64,000 nt of DNA from Sedimentisphaerales bacterium (GTDB lineage Bacteria; Planctomycetota; Phycisphaerae; Sedimentisphaerales; Anaerobacaceae): contig OY970194.1 in the NCBI GenBank assembly GCA_963708075.1, forward strand, positions 1,856,001 to 1,920,000, given 5' to 3'. The notes under the pieces are model-generated. The model saw nothing but the letters and a program-made list of their open reading frames with translations. It had not been told where the DNA came from and searched no databases. Made by a program: the position numbers and the translations under genes. Shown one piece after another: positions 48,986 to 58,611 of this stretch. Numbering within the stretch: position 1 is the first letter of the stretch; every line of letters starts with the position of its first letter.

Positions 48986-51900
48986 ATGAATAAGAATCTG
49001 CTGCCGAAATCTGTTTTCATCATCATCCTGGTAGTTCTGGCGATCTACATGCTGTTTCCGCCGAGCAAGACGCTCAAGCCCGGAATCGACCTGGCCGGCG
49101 GGACGAGCCTGATCTATGCCATCGATACCGAAGGCCTCGGCGCCGACGGAAAAAGGGACTTGGCCGAGAAGATGATCCAGATCCTGCGAAGGCGTATCGA
49201 CCCGGCGAACATCCAGAACCTTGTCTGGCGGCCCATGGGCGACACACGGTTCGAGATCCAGATGCCTCTGGCGAGCCAGGAGACGCAGGACCGGCGCAAG
49301 AGCTACGAGACGGCCCTGAACGATCTGCTCGCTCGCAACGTGAATGCCGCGACGATCATGCGCTCGCTTCAACTGGCCCCGGAGGAGCGGACCAAAGCCT
49401 TCCAGAAGATCATGCAGAACGATCCAAACCGGCTGAAGATCCTGGAGGAACTTGCGTCCGTTCACGACGAGCGACAGGCAACGCAGAAGAAGAGGGACGA
49501 GCTGTACGCGAAGGTGGCAGAGACCGAGAAGAAGATCTCGGAAGCCGGCCTGGCACTGGATCGAATCCAGGCGAACAGGAAGGACTGGGTCAAGCTCGAT
49601 GATGAGAAGCTCAAGACGACGCTCAAAGATTTCCTGGGCTCCGAGGAGCACATCGGACTGCTCACGGACTACGTCAAGACAAACTCGGAGCTGACGAGCA
49701 CCCTGAGCCGGCTCACCGATGAGTCGGGCCTCAACGACCGCTACGAAGCGGCGAAACGCGAATTGGATCGGCTCAACCTGACCCAGGAACAGATCAGCTA
49801 CATGCTGGAGTTGCCCGAGAACGCGCCCCGCCGTGTGGAACGTATTGCAGAGTACAAGGCGGAGTTTCCGGACCGCGGAGCGCAGATCGATACGGTCGTG
49901 GCGGCTTTTGACAAGTACCGGGAGTACCAGGGCCGGCTCGATGACCCGAGCGACCTGAAGCGCATGCTCAAAGGCGCCGGCATTCTCGAATTCCGGATTC
50001 TGCCCACGCAGGACCGGACGGAGCTGAGCGGCACCGAGATCGAGCGATACTCGCAGGTCTTGACCGAGAAGGGCCCCAAATCCGCCTCCGACGCCAACTA
50101 CAAGTGGTTCGAGATCGAGAACATGGAGGAGTGGCACAATCCTTACTCGATTATGGGCAAGTTCGGCGACAAGGTCTACGTTCTGGCCAGCAACAGGCCC
50201 GGCGAGAGGATGCTGCACGACGCGACCGGCCGCGATTGGAGGCTGGACAACTCCTACCCCACAAATGACGAGATGGGCAAGAGAGCCATCGGGTTCCATC
50301 TCGACGTCAAGGGCGGGAACCTGTTCTACGACATCACGAGGAAGAATGGCGCGCGGCCCCTGGCCATCCTGCTCGACGACATCGCCATCTCCGCCCCGCA
50401 GATCAACCCCGAACACCCCATCGGACAGAGCGGCATCATCATGGGCAGCTTCACGCAGACGCAAGTCAACGACATGGTGAACAAGCTGAATGCCGGCTCG
50501 CTGCCCGCCCGCTTGATCGAGCAGCCCATCTCGGAAAGGGTCATTGGACCGTCCATCGGCGCCGATAACCTCCAGAAAGGTATCCGCTCGGGCATGATCG
50601 GCCTGGTGCTCGTCATCAGCTTCATGATCGTGTACTACTTCGTCGGCGGCTCCATCGCCGACGTGGCCCTGCTGCTGAACATCCTGTTCACGCTAGCCAT
50701 CATGGCCGGGATTCGATCCACGTTTACCTTGCCCGGTATCGCCGGCTTCATCCTGACGATCGGCATGAGCGTCGATGCCAACGTGCTGATCTTCGAAAGA
50801 ATCCGCGAGGAGCAGGAGCGAGGCGCGGGCATCGCCACGGCCATCAAGAACGGCTATCAACGGGCGTTCAGCGCCATTTTCGACTCCAACCTGACGACCA
50901 TCATGACGGCCGCGATCCTCTACTACGTCGCAGCAGAGGACGTCAAAGGCTTTGCCATCGTCCTGATGCTCGGTATCGCGGCGAGTATGTTCACCTCGAT
51001 CTACGTGACGCGGGTGATCTTCGATATTCTGGTTTCCAAGCGGATCCTCAAGGACCACCTGTTCATGCTCCGGCTCATTCGCACGCCGAACATCGACTGG
51101 ATGGGCCTGCGACCGGTGTTCTTTACCATCTCGGCCATCCTCGTCTTCGGCGGCGTGATCTTGTTCTTGGTCCGCGATGACTCGAAGTATGACATTGAGC
51201 TGACCGGCGGTACGAGCGTTCAGATCAATCTGAAGCCCGAGGTATCGCTCACTCGCCAGGACGTGGAAGACCGCATCGTGCAGATTGCGAAAGAGTCGGG
51301 GAATGCCGATCTGCAGGCGGTCAGCGTCTACAGCGTCGGCGAGTTGAAGAACCCCGACGTGAAGAACATCTACGACGAGTACGAGATTACCACGCCGGCT
51401 GCCAACACGCTTGAGACCACGGTCACATTCGGCGAGGGCAGCACGGAGACGGTCGATACCGTAAGAGCAACCATTCAGAAGGTACAGGCAAAGGAAGCGT
51501 ATGATCTGGGCGAAATCAAGGTGACCGCCGGCGCGGACAGGTCGTTTGTCGTCACGGGCAACCGCATCAACCCGACGGGAGCCCAGACTTTACTCAAGAG
51601 CGCCTTCCCCAATGCCGAAGTCTCGGCATCCACGATCATTGAAGTCGTCTCCAGCGCCGTCCGCAACGCTTTCGAGGGACAGTTGGAGATCCAGCAAAAC
51701 CTTCAACCCACGATCGCTTCGACCGACAAGATCACCAGTGCGATGGTCGAGAAGTATCCTGAGCTTGCGGACTACATCGGCGGCGTCAAGATGGACGTCA
51801 GCCTTGCCAGACCCGCCTCACGGGATGAAATCGATCAGCGACTGAGGCAGTTGCGGTTCCGGCCTGACACACAGGACCTGGCATCGTACCCCTACCAGCT

Positions 51901-52666
51901 CTTCGGCGCCGAGCTGAAGCTCGTCGAGTCTAACCAACCGGCCAACGCAGTCACCTTTGTCAGTATGCAGCCGGACGCCGGCTTGCGAGAGCTCACGCCG
52001 GACGAATGGACGCAATTCGTGGACAACGAAAAGACCCGGGTCCTGCAGGCGACGCAGCACGAAACCTCGCTTCCGCGTGTGACCCAGATTGATCCGTTCA
52101 TCGGGGCCGAGGCACGGACGCGCGCCATCATCTCCATCGTGCTGGCGCTGGCCGCGATTGTAGCCTATATCTGGCTGCGATTCGGCACCTTGCGGTTCGG
52201 CCTGGCGGCTATTATCGCCTTGTTCCACGACGTCTCGGTGGCGCTGGGTGCGATTGCGATCTCGGCGTTCCTCGCCAAGACCGCCATCGGCCAGGCGCTG
52301 CTCATCGGCGACTTCCGGATCAACGGAACGGTCATCGCCGCGATCCTGACCCTGCTCGGCTATTCGCTGAACGATACCATCGTCGTGTTCGACCGAATTC
52401 GCGAGAACCGGCGCAAGGTGCAACTGACAGCGCAATCCATTACGAGCAGCATCAACCAGACACTGTCCCGAACCTTGATCACGGGTATTACGACGATGAT
52501 GGTCGTGCTCGTGATGTACATCTTCGGCGGCCCCGGGCTGAGAGGCTTCAACTTCGTGATCTTCCTCGGCCTGGTCGTCGGTACGTATTCCTCCATCGCC
52601 ATCGCCGCCCCGCTGCTGCTGGTCGGCCTGGGCCGGGCACGGGAAACGGAGAAGATGGCGGCCTGA
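48986..52666 (+). CDS. secDF: Fused protein translocase subunit SecD/SecF
   Basis: GIDLAGG, AGSLP, IGPSIG, TLPGIAGFILTIGMSVDANVLIFERIREE, DIELTGG, GYSLNDTIVVFDRIREN, SINQTLSRT. Confidence 0.96.
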   Translation: MNKNLLPKSVFIIILVVLAIYMLFPPSKTLKPGIDLAGGTSLIYAIDTEGLGADGKRDLAEKMIQILRRRIDPANIQNLVWRPMGDTRFEIQMPLASQETQDRRKSYETALNDLLARNVNAATIMRSLQLAPEERTKAFQKIMQNDPNRLKILEELASVHDERQATQKKRDELYAKVAETEKKISEAGLALDRIQANRKDWVKLDDEKLKTTLKDFLGSEEHIGLLTDYVKTNSELTSTLSRLTDESGLNDRYEAAKRELDRLNLTQEQISYMLELPENAPRRVERIAEYKAEFPDRGAQIDTVVAAFDKYREYQGRLDDPSDLKRMLKGAGILEFRILPTQDRTELSGTEIERYSQVLTEKGPKSASDANYKWFEIENMEEWHNPYSIMGKFGDKVYVLASNRPGERMLHDATGRDWRLDNSYPTNDEMGKRAIGFHLDVKGGNLFYDITRKNGARPLAILLDDIAISAPQINPEHPIGQSGIIMGSFTQTQVNDMVNKLNAGSLPARLIEQPISERVIGPSIGADNLQKGIRSGMIGLVLVISFMIVYYFVGGSIADVALLLNILFTLAIMAGIRSTFTLPGIAGFILTIGMSVDANVLIFERIREEQERGAGIATAIKNGYQRAFSAIFDSNLTTIMTAAILYYVAAEDVKGFAIVLMLGIAASMFTSIYVTRVIFDILVSKRILKDHLFMLRLIRTPNIDWMGLRPVFFTISAILVFGGVILFLVRDDSKYDIELTGGTSVQINLKPEVSLTRQDVEDRIVQIAKESGNADLQAVSVYSVGELKNPDVKNIYDEYEITTPAANTLETTVTFGEGSTETVDTVRATIQKVQAKEAYDLGEIKVTAGADRSFVVTGNRINPTGAQTLLKSAFPNAEVSASTIIEVVSSAVRNAFEGQLEIQQNLQPTIASTDKITSAMVEKYPELADYIGGVKMDVSLARPASRDEIDQRLRQLRFRPDTQDLASYPYQLFGAELKLVESNQPANAVTFVSMQPDAGLRELTPDEWTQFVDNEKTRVLQATQHETSLPRVTQIDPFIGAEARTRAIISIVLALAAIVAYIWLRFGTLRFGLAAIIALFHDVSVALGAIAISAFLAKTAIGQALLIGDFRINGTVIAAILTLLGYSLNDTIVVFDRIRENRRKVQLTAQSITSSINQTLSRTLITGITTMMVVLVMYIFGGPGLRGFNFVIFLGLVVGTYSSIAIAAPLLLVGLGRARETEKMAA

Positions 52667-52677
52667 TACGGTTGCCT

Positions 52678-53205
52678 ATGGGCAAGGACTACAAGATAGG
52701 ATTGGCCTCAGGTTCGGTCGTGGCCGTCATCGCCCTGATCTGGGTGGCGACCCGGCCGAGCCTGAGTCCCGAAGCCAGGATACTTCGGTCGTCGCAAGCG
52801 GCGCCCTCCAGTTCCGGCGTGGGACTTGCGGATCGGCGACCAAGCCAGACCCGCAGCGATGTCACAACGCCGGAAACTCGTGGTTCGCTGGGAAGCGTCA
52901 TAGACTCTCCGCAACAAGGCAAGAAGCAGCAAGCCGGGAACGATGAGTCTCCCGGCCCTGTGGCTCAGGTTCCAGCCCCCAATCCGCAATCCACCACGGG
53001 CCCGGACCTGACGGTCTACGAGAGAGCCGAAAAGATCAAGACCATTCGCTTCCACATCGTCCGCAGAGAGGACACGCTCTCGGCTATCTCGCGGCAATAC
53101 TATGGCACCCCGAACAACTGGAAAAAGGTCCTTGAGGCCAACAAGCGAGTCATCAAGGATCCCAACAAGCTCCAGCCCGGAACGAAGCTGACCATCCCGG
53201 AGTAG
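52678..53205 (+). CDS. Membrane-anchored LysM domain protein
   Basis: N-terminal TM, disordered linker, HIVRREDTLSAISRQYYG...EANK...LQPGTKLTIP. Confidence 0.9.
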   Translation: MGKDYKIGLASGSVVAVIALIWVATRPSLSPEARILRSSQAAPSSSGVGLADRRPSQTRSDVTTPETRGSLGSVIDSPQQGKKQQAGNDESPGPVAQVPAPNPQSTTGPDLTVYERAEKIKTIRFHIVRREDTLSAISRQYYGTPNNWKKVLEANKRVIKDPNKLQPGTKLTIPE

Positions 53206-53234
53206 CAAACCTCTTTAGTGTGGCAAGTCCCACC

Positions 53235-54002
53235 CTACTGGCCGCTGACCACCAGGCTGGCGGCGTCGACGTCGATAAGCCAGATGATCTTGTTCAGCGC
53301 CGGCCACAAAACGTGTATCGGATACTTCACTTCGTCCGGCTCGCTGGTCAGCACCTCCTTGAGGATCTGCGCCTTTTCCTCCCCAGACACCAGCACTGCT
53401 AGCCGCTTGGCCGCCAGCAGCACCGGATGCGTCAGGGTCACGCGATTGAGCGTATCGTCCAGTACATAGACGGCACAGACCAAGTCGCTGACATCGAACG
53501 TGGCATAGGAGCGCGGAAACAAGGATCCGGTATGGCCATCCACCCCCATGCCCAGGATGATCAGATCGAATTCCGGCATCTCCTTGTCGCGCAGGTCGAA
53601 CACCTCGCGGATCGCCCGCTCGTACGTGAGTGCCGCTACGGTGATGTCCTCGTACTCCGTCGGTATCCGGTGGATGTTGCCGGGCGGAATACTGACCTTA
53701 CCCAAAAAGGTATCGGCCGCCAGCTTATAGTTGCTGTGTGGCGAATCCGGCGGAACGTACCGCTCGTCCACCCAGAATATGTGGATCTTCTCCCACGCCA
53801 GGGCGCGAGCATCGGGCGAAGCCGCCAGCATCTCGAAGAAGCGTTTCGGCGTCTGGCCGCCCGAGATCGCCACATGGAATCGGTCGTGCGACCGAATCGC
53901 ATCCAGGGCGGAGGAAACAAACAGTTGCACGGCCTTGCGGGCAAGGCCCTCCGGATCAGAGGCAATCTGCACGTTCGGCTTGTACTGGGTAGTCGTCTCC
54001 AT
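53235..54002 (-). CDS. pgl: 6-phosphogluconolactonase
   Basis: AISGGQTP, FWVDERYVPPDSPHSNY, FDLIILGMGVDGHTGSLFP, RVTLT. Confidence 0.95.
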   Translation of the reverse strand: METTTQYKPNVQIASDPEGLARKAVQLFVSSALDAIRSHDRFHVAISGGQTPKRFFEMLAASPDARALAWEKIHIFWVDERYVPPDSPHSNYKLAADTFLGKVSIPPGNIHRIPTEYEDITVAALTYERAIREVFDLRDKEMPEFDLIILGMGVDGHTGSLFPRSYATFDVSDLVCAVYVLDDTLNRVTLTHPVLLAAKRLAVLVSGEEKAQILKEVLTSEPDEVKYPIHVLWPALNKIIWLIDVDAASLVVSGQ

Positions 54003-54085
54003 GTGAATCGATCCCCGCGAGCAACACCTTTACCTCTCACGAGCACAGTATACCACCCGAAGCACGAGGCCCGAGGCTCACACTT

Positions 54086-54376
54086 CTAAGTAATATCCTG
54101 TATCTCCCACAGGAAGGCTTTGACCCCCTCCGAGCCGTGCGTCTGTCTCATCCGCCGGACGCTGTCCATGGCAACGCGGGCCTTGTCATCCTCGACGATC
54201 ACCAGGGTCGCGTAGTTGATGCCGGGCCACACCTCCGTGTTCAGGTGAGGCTCACTGAGCTGCCCCCGACCCAGGACATCGGCGAATTTCGTGTAGCAGG
54301 CTATGCCCGCCGAGGTCAGAAGATCGTTAACTTCGGCATCGATGGCGGCGTTGTGTACGATCAGAACGGCTTTCAC
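54086..54376 (-). CDS. PII-like transporter-associated protein (PG0541-type)
   Basis: MKAVLIVHN, YTKFADVLGRG, PHLNTEVWPGIN, GVKAFLW; last gene of the RND operon. Confidence 0.8.
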   Translation of the reverse strand: MKAVLIVHNAAIDAEVNDLLTSAGIACYTKFADVLGRGQLSEPHLNTEVWPGINYATLVIVEDDKARVAMDSVRRMRQTHGSEGVKAFLWEIQDIT

Positions 54377-54385
54377 AAGCTCCCT

Positions 54386-57300
54386 TTACTTCAAATCGGA
54401 AACCTTCACACCTTCGAACAGACTGTAAAGCGTCGGCATCAGGACCAGGGTGATGAGCGTGCTGAGCGTCATGCCGCCGATGCTGGCGACGGCAAACGGA
54501 CCCCAGATCTCTGAGCCGGCCCCGTGCGAGATGGTCAGCGGCGCCACGCCCAGCAGCGTGGTCAGCGTCGTGCTCACGATCGGCCGCAGGCGGCTGCGAC
54601 CGCCCTCTATGATCGCCGCCACGGCGTCATAACCGCGATGGCGAAGAATTCCTATGTAGCTGATCAGGACGATTCCGTTGTTGACCACCAGGCCGATCAG
54701 CAAAATCAACGAGATGAACGTCACGATGCTCATGGGGATGCCCGTCAGCGCCAGCACCATGGTCACCCCGACAATGCCGAACGGGACGGACAGGAAGATG
54801 ATGAACGGATCGCGGTAGGACTCGAACTGAGACGCCATGACCATGTACACCAGGACCATGCCCAGCACCATGGCGAGGATCAACAGCCGGAAGGCCTCCT
54901 CTCTCTGCTCCTCCGCCCCCGCGATTTTGTGGCCGAACCCGGGCGGCGCGGGGATCTTCCCGAGGGCCGCTCGAACGTCCGTTGCCACCGAGCCCAGATC
55001 ACGCCCACGGACCTGGCTGGAGACCGTGATATAGCGGGCCTGGTCCTTGCGCTCGATTCGGCTGGGCCCGTACCCCTGCTCCATCTCGGCGAAGTTCGCC
55101 AGGCAGACCTGCCCGCCCAGCGGTGTATTCACATACACGTCCCGCAAGTCCTGAATTCTCTGCCTGTCCTCGGGCCGCAGCCGGATGCGGACATCGTACT
55201 CATCGCCGCCCTCGCGATACCGCGTGGCGGTGGTGCCGGCGAACATAGTCTCCACGGCTTTGCCGATGGTGCGGACATCGAGCCCGAGCCTGGCGGCCTT
55301 CTCCCGGTCCACGATTACCTTGATCTCGGGCTTCTCCTCCGTGCGGCTGATGCTGACATCCTCGATACCGGCGATGCGGGTGATCGCCCGCTGCACCTGT
55401 TCGGCATACTCCATCGCCTTGGCCATGTCATGGCCGTACAATTCGATTGACAGAGCCCCGGCGGTGCCGAAGATCATCTCCTCAAAGGGATCGCGGGCGT
55501 TGTAACGGACCACCGCGCCCGGCATCCCATCGATGACTGGCCGCACCCGCTCGATGATCTCCTTCGGCGACGCATCTCGCTTCTCCTTGTCCACCAGCTT
55601 GACAAAGACCATCCCCATGTAGGTTTCCATGTCCCCGATGAATTCCTGGGCGCCGGCCTCGTCCACCACGCCCCACCGCACGTACACATCCTGGCTCTCC
55701 GGCACATGGGCAGCCACGATCTTGCCTATCTGCTGACCTACGCGGCCGGTCCGCTCGTATCGTGTGCCCACGGGCAGCTCAAACTCCACCTCCAACTGGC
55801 TTTGATCCTCCTGGGGAAAGAACTCGCGTCCGACGAACATGGTCAATCCCAGGCACCAGAGGAAGATCAGCACGCAGGATACGAGCACGGTCTTGCGGTT
55901 GCGAAGCGACCAGGCCAGAAGCCTGCAGTAGCCATCTTCCATCCCGGTCAGGACCCTTTCGCCCCAGCGAGAGAAAAGGCCCAGGCCGGTGGTCCTGCCC
56001 GCCTCTTCGTTCTTGAGGAATTTCGAGCAGAGCATTGGCACGAGCATCAACGACGTCAACAGGGAGGCCACGAGCGACATCGTGACGATCATGGCAAACT
56101 GCCCGAAGATGATCTCCGTGATGCCGCCCACGAACATGACGGGCACGAAGATAGCTATCGTCGTCAACGTGGAGGCCACCACGGCCACACCCACCTCGTT
56201 CGTGCCGTGGATCGCACTTTCGCGAGCCCGCTGGCCTCTCTGATGACGACGGTGAATGTTGTCGACGACTACGATCGCGGCATCCACAACCTCCCCGACG
56301 GCAATGGCCAGGGCCGCCAGGCTCGTCGTGTTGATTGTGTAGCCCGCTATGTGCATCAGCAGAAAGGTGATAATCAGCGAGGTCGGCACGGATGTCGCCA
56401 CGATCAGGCTCGCCCGCAAGCTGCCCACGAAGAACAGGATCACGAAGAAAACGCCGAGGATCGCCCAGAAGACGTTGTCGCGCAGGTTGCGCATGGAGGC
56501 CATGATGAAGTCGGAGTTGTCCATGACCACGCCCATCTTCACGTCGGGCGGCAGGTTCGCCCTGACTTCCTCCAGCTTGGCGCGAACAGCCCGGGAGACC
56601 TCGACGGTGTTGCCGCCGCTTTGTTTTTGCACGAAGACCGCCATCGCCCGCTGGCCGTTGAGCCGGACGTCATAGCCGCGCTCCTTGAAGGCATCCTTGA
56701 TCTCCGCGATGTCCTTCAGCTTGACGGGGATCCCCCCCGGCGAGGCGACGATGACCTCGCCGACTTCCTCGGGAGTGGCAAACTCCTCGGGCGTGCGCAC
56801 GAGGAAATCCTTGTACCCGGTGCGGATGTTGCCGCCCGGGACGCTGATGTTCTGCGAGGCCAGGATCGCCGTGAGCTGCCCGAACGAGAGATTCAGCGCC
56901 GCCAGCCGGTCCTGCTGAATTTCGACCCGGACCTGCCGCTCCAGCCCCCCATGCACGGCAGCCGCGGCCACCCCATCGACCCGCTTCAGTGGATCGGCGA
57001 CCTGATCCTCCACGATCTTCTGCAGCCGGGGATAGCTGTCCCCGGCTGTGATGCCGATGATCATGACCGGGAACATGTCGATGTCGAACTTGAACACGAT
57101 GGGCGTCTCCGCCTCCTCCGGCAGGCGCTCCTTGACCATGTCGAGCTTCTCCCGCACGTCGTTGGCAGCCTCGTCGATGTTCTCGCCCCAGTCGAACTTC
57201 AGGGTGACCGTGGACACCCCTTCCTTGGAGACCGACAGCACCTCATCGACGCGGGAGATCGTGCTGAGGATATCCTCAATGGGCTCAGTGATCAGCGTCT

Positions 57301-57478
57301 CCATTTCCTCCGGTCCCGCCCCTTCATAGAGCGTCACAACAGAAATGGCCGGAATCTCGATCTCGGGCAGCAGATCGATCCCCAGCAAGCTCATGGAGGT
57401 CAGCCCGAGCACCACCATGGCGATGAAGATCATCAACGTCGTGACGGGCTTGTTGACGGAGAATTGCGCCAGCTTCAT
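54386..57478 (-). CDS. RND efflux permease (AcrB/AcrD/AcrF family)
   Basis: 1030 aa; GAGPEEMETLIT, VVDAAIVVVDNI, STLTTIAIFVP, YMVMASQFES, GLVVNNGIVL, RLRPIVSTTLTT. Confidence 0.95.
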   Translation of the reverse strand: MKLAQFSVNKPVTTLMIFIAMVVLGLTSMSLLGIDLLPEIEIPAISVVTLYEGAGPEEMETLITEPIEDILSTISRVDEVLSVSKEGVSTVTLKFDWGENIDEAANDVREKLDMVKERLPEEAETPIVFKFDIDMFPVMIIGITAGDSYPRLQKIVEDQVADPLKRVDGVAAAAVHGGLERQVRVEIQQDRLAALNLSFGQLTAILASQNISVPGGNIRTGYKDFLVRTPEEFATPEEVGEVIVASPGGIPVKLKDIAEIKDAFKERGYDVRLNGQRAMAVFVQKQSGGNTVEVSRAVRAKLEEVRANLPPDVKMGVVMDNSDFIMASMRNLRDNVFWAILGVFFVILFFVGSLRASLIVATSVPTSLIITFLLMHIAGYTINTTSLAALAIAVGEVVDAAIVVVDNIHRRHQRGQRARESAIHGTNEVGVAVVASTLTTIAIFVPVMFVGGITEIIFGQFAMIVTMSLVASLLTSLMLVPMLCSKFLKNEEAGRTTGLGLFSRWGERVLTGMEDGYCRLLAWSLRNRKTVLVSCVLIFLWCLGLTMFVGREFFPQEDQSQLEVEFELPVGTRYERTGRVGQQIGKIVAAHVPESQDVYVRWGVVDEAGAQEFIGDMETYMGMVFVKLVDKEKRDASPKEIIERVRPVIDGMPGAVVRYNARDPFEEMIFGTAGALSIELYGHDMAKAMEYAEQVQRAITRIAGIEDVSISRTEEKPEIKVIVDREKAARLGLDVRTIGKAVETMFAGTTATRYREGGDEYDVRIRLRPEDRQRIQDLRDVYVNTPLGGQVCLANFAEMEQGYGPSRIERKDQARYITVSSQVRGRDLGSVATDVRAALGKIPAPPGFGHKIAGAEEQREEAFRLLILAMVLGMVLVYMVMASQFESYRDPFIIFLSVPFGIVGVTMVLALTGIPMSIVTFISLILLIGLVVNNGIVLISYIGILRHRGYDAVAAIIEGGRSRLRPIVSTTLTTLLGVAPLTISHGAGSEIWGPFAVASIGGMTLSTLITLVLMPTLYSLFEGVKVSDLK

Positions 57479-58611
57479 CGGATGTCCTCTAACCGCACGA
57501 CTTCGACAGCGGTGCCGTCGGCGAGGTGATGCATGCCGTTGACGACGAGACTCTCACCGGACTGGAGGCCGCTGACAATCTCACACTGCGGGCCGTCCGT
57601 CAGGCCGATTTCCACGATGCGTTTTTTCGCGCATCCGTTCTCCGCCACAAAGACGTACGGCGAGTCGATCTTGCCGCCGAGAATGACATCGCGCGCAATG
57701 ACAACCGCCGTGTCCCTGCGATTGAGGACCAGCTTCACACGGGCGAACATCCCCGGCCGAAGCAGCAGGTCGCCGTTCCGCAGCCGGATTTCCAACCGGA
57801 TGGTGTGGGTCTGCTCGTCAAGAGCCGGATAGATGCAGTAGACCTCCGTCTCGAACACGCGGTCCTTGAATGCATCCACAGCGATCTTTACCGCCATGCC
57901 TTGACAAATCTGCGGCGAGTACCGCTCCGGCACGGCGGCCAGCACTTTCACCGTCTTGATATCGGCAAGGCTGACAATCCGCTGCCCCTGAGCGACCAGG
58001 TTGCCCTCATCGATGTACCGGGTGGTGACGAAGCCGTCGATGGGACAGACGATCGTGGACTCGCGAAGATTGATCTTCGCCAATTCGAGATTCGCCATGG
58101 CGAGGTTCAGGCCCGCCGCCGCCAGTTCAGAGGCTGTCACTGCCTGATCTCTCGCCTGCTCCGTGGCCGAGCCCGCCTCAAATAGTCCGACAATTCGCTT
58201 GCTCTCGCGCTGTGCCTCTGCCAGTTGCACTTGCCTGGCCCTGACCTCGGCTTCCGCGACGGCCACCTGCGCCTGATGCATGTCATGGTCGATCACGGCC
58301 AACTCCTGCCCCTGCGAGACAGGCAGGCCGACATCGACACTCTGGCGGCTCCCATCAGGCATCACCACCGCCAGCGACTCGATCCGGCCGGCGACCTTCG
58401 AGGCGAGCTCCACACGCTTGTTTGCCATGATTACGCCCGTCAGCTCCAACGTCTGCTCGATTGGCGCCATGCTGACAGGTTCGACCTCGATGGGCACGGG
58501 CCGCTCCTCGGCAGGCGCTTCCACGGGCTTGCGCACGTAGCCCCACCAGAACGTGCCCAGCACAATGGCCACAGCCGCGGCCCAGTACAATCCTCGCCTA
58601 ACCATTCTCAT
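57475..58611 (-). CDS. RND periplasmic adaptor (membrane fusion protein); start 58611 or 58605
   Basis: N-terminal TM, ASKVAGRI, TIVCPIDGFV, LLRPGMFARV, GLQSGESLVVNG. Confidence 0.92.
   Translation of the reverse strand: MRMVRRGLYWAAAVAIVLGTFWWGYVRKPVEAPAEERPVPIEVEPVSMAPIEQTLELTGVIMANKRVELASKVAGRIESLAVVMPDGSRQSVDVGLPVSQGQELAVIDHDMHQAQVAVAEAEVRARQVQLAEAQRESKRIVGLFEAGSATEQARDQAVTASELAAAGLNLAMANLELAKINLRESTIVCPIDGFVTTRYIDEGNLVAQGQRIVSLADIKTVKVLAAVPERYSPQICQGMAVKIAVDAFKDRVFETEVYCIYPALDEQTHTIRLEIRLRNGDLLLRPGMFARVKLVLNRRDTAVVIARDVILGGKIDSPYVFVAENGCAKKRIVEIGLTDGPQCEIVSGLQSGESLVVNGMHHLADGTAVEVVRLEDIR

Noticed and set aside
48560..50464. Long antisense ORFs (also 2160-3536, 8035-9390, 44528-46153, 55706-57529)
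   Set aside because: They are shadows of well-supported genes on the opposite strand, as expected at high GC, and have no recognisable motifs.
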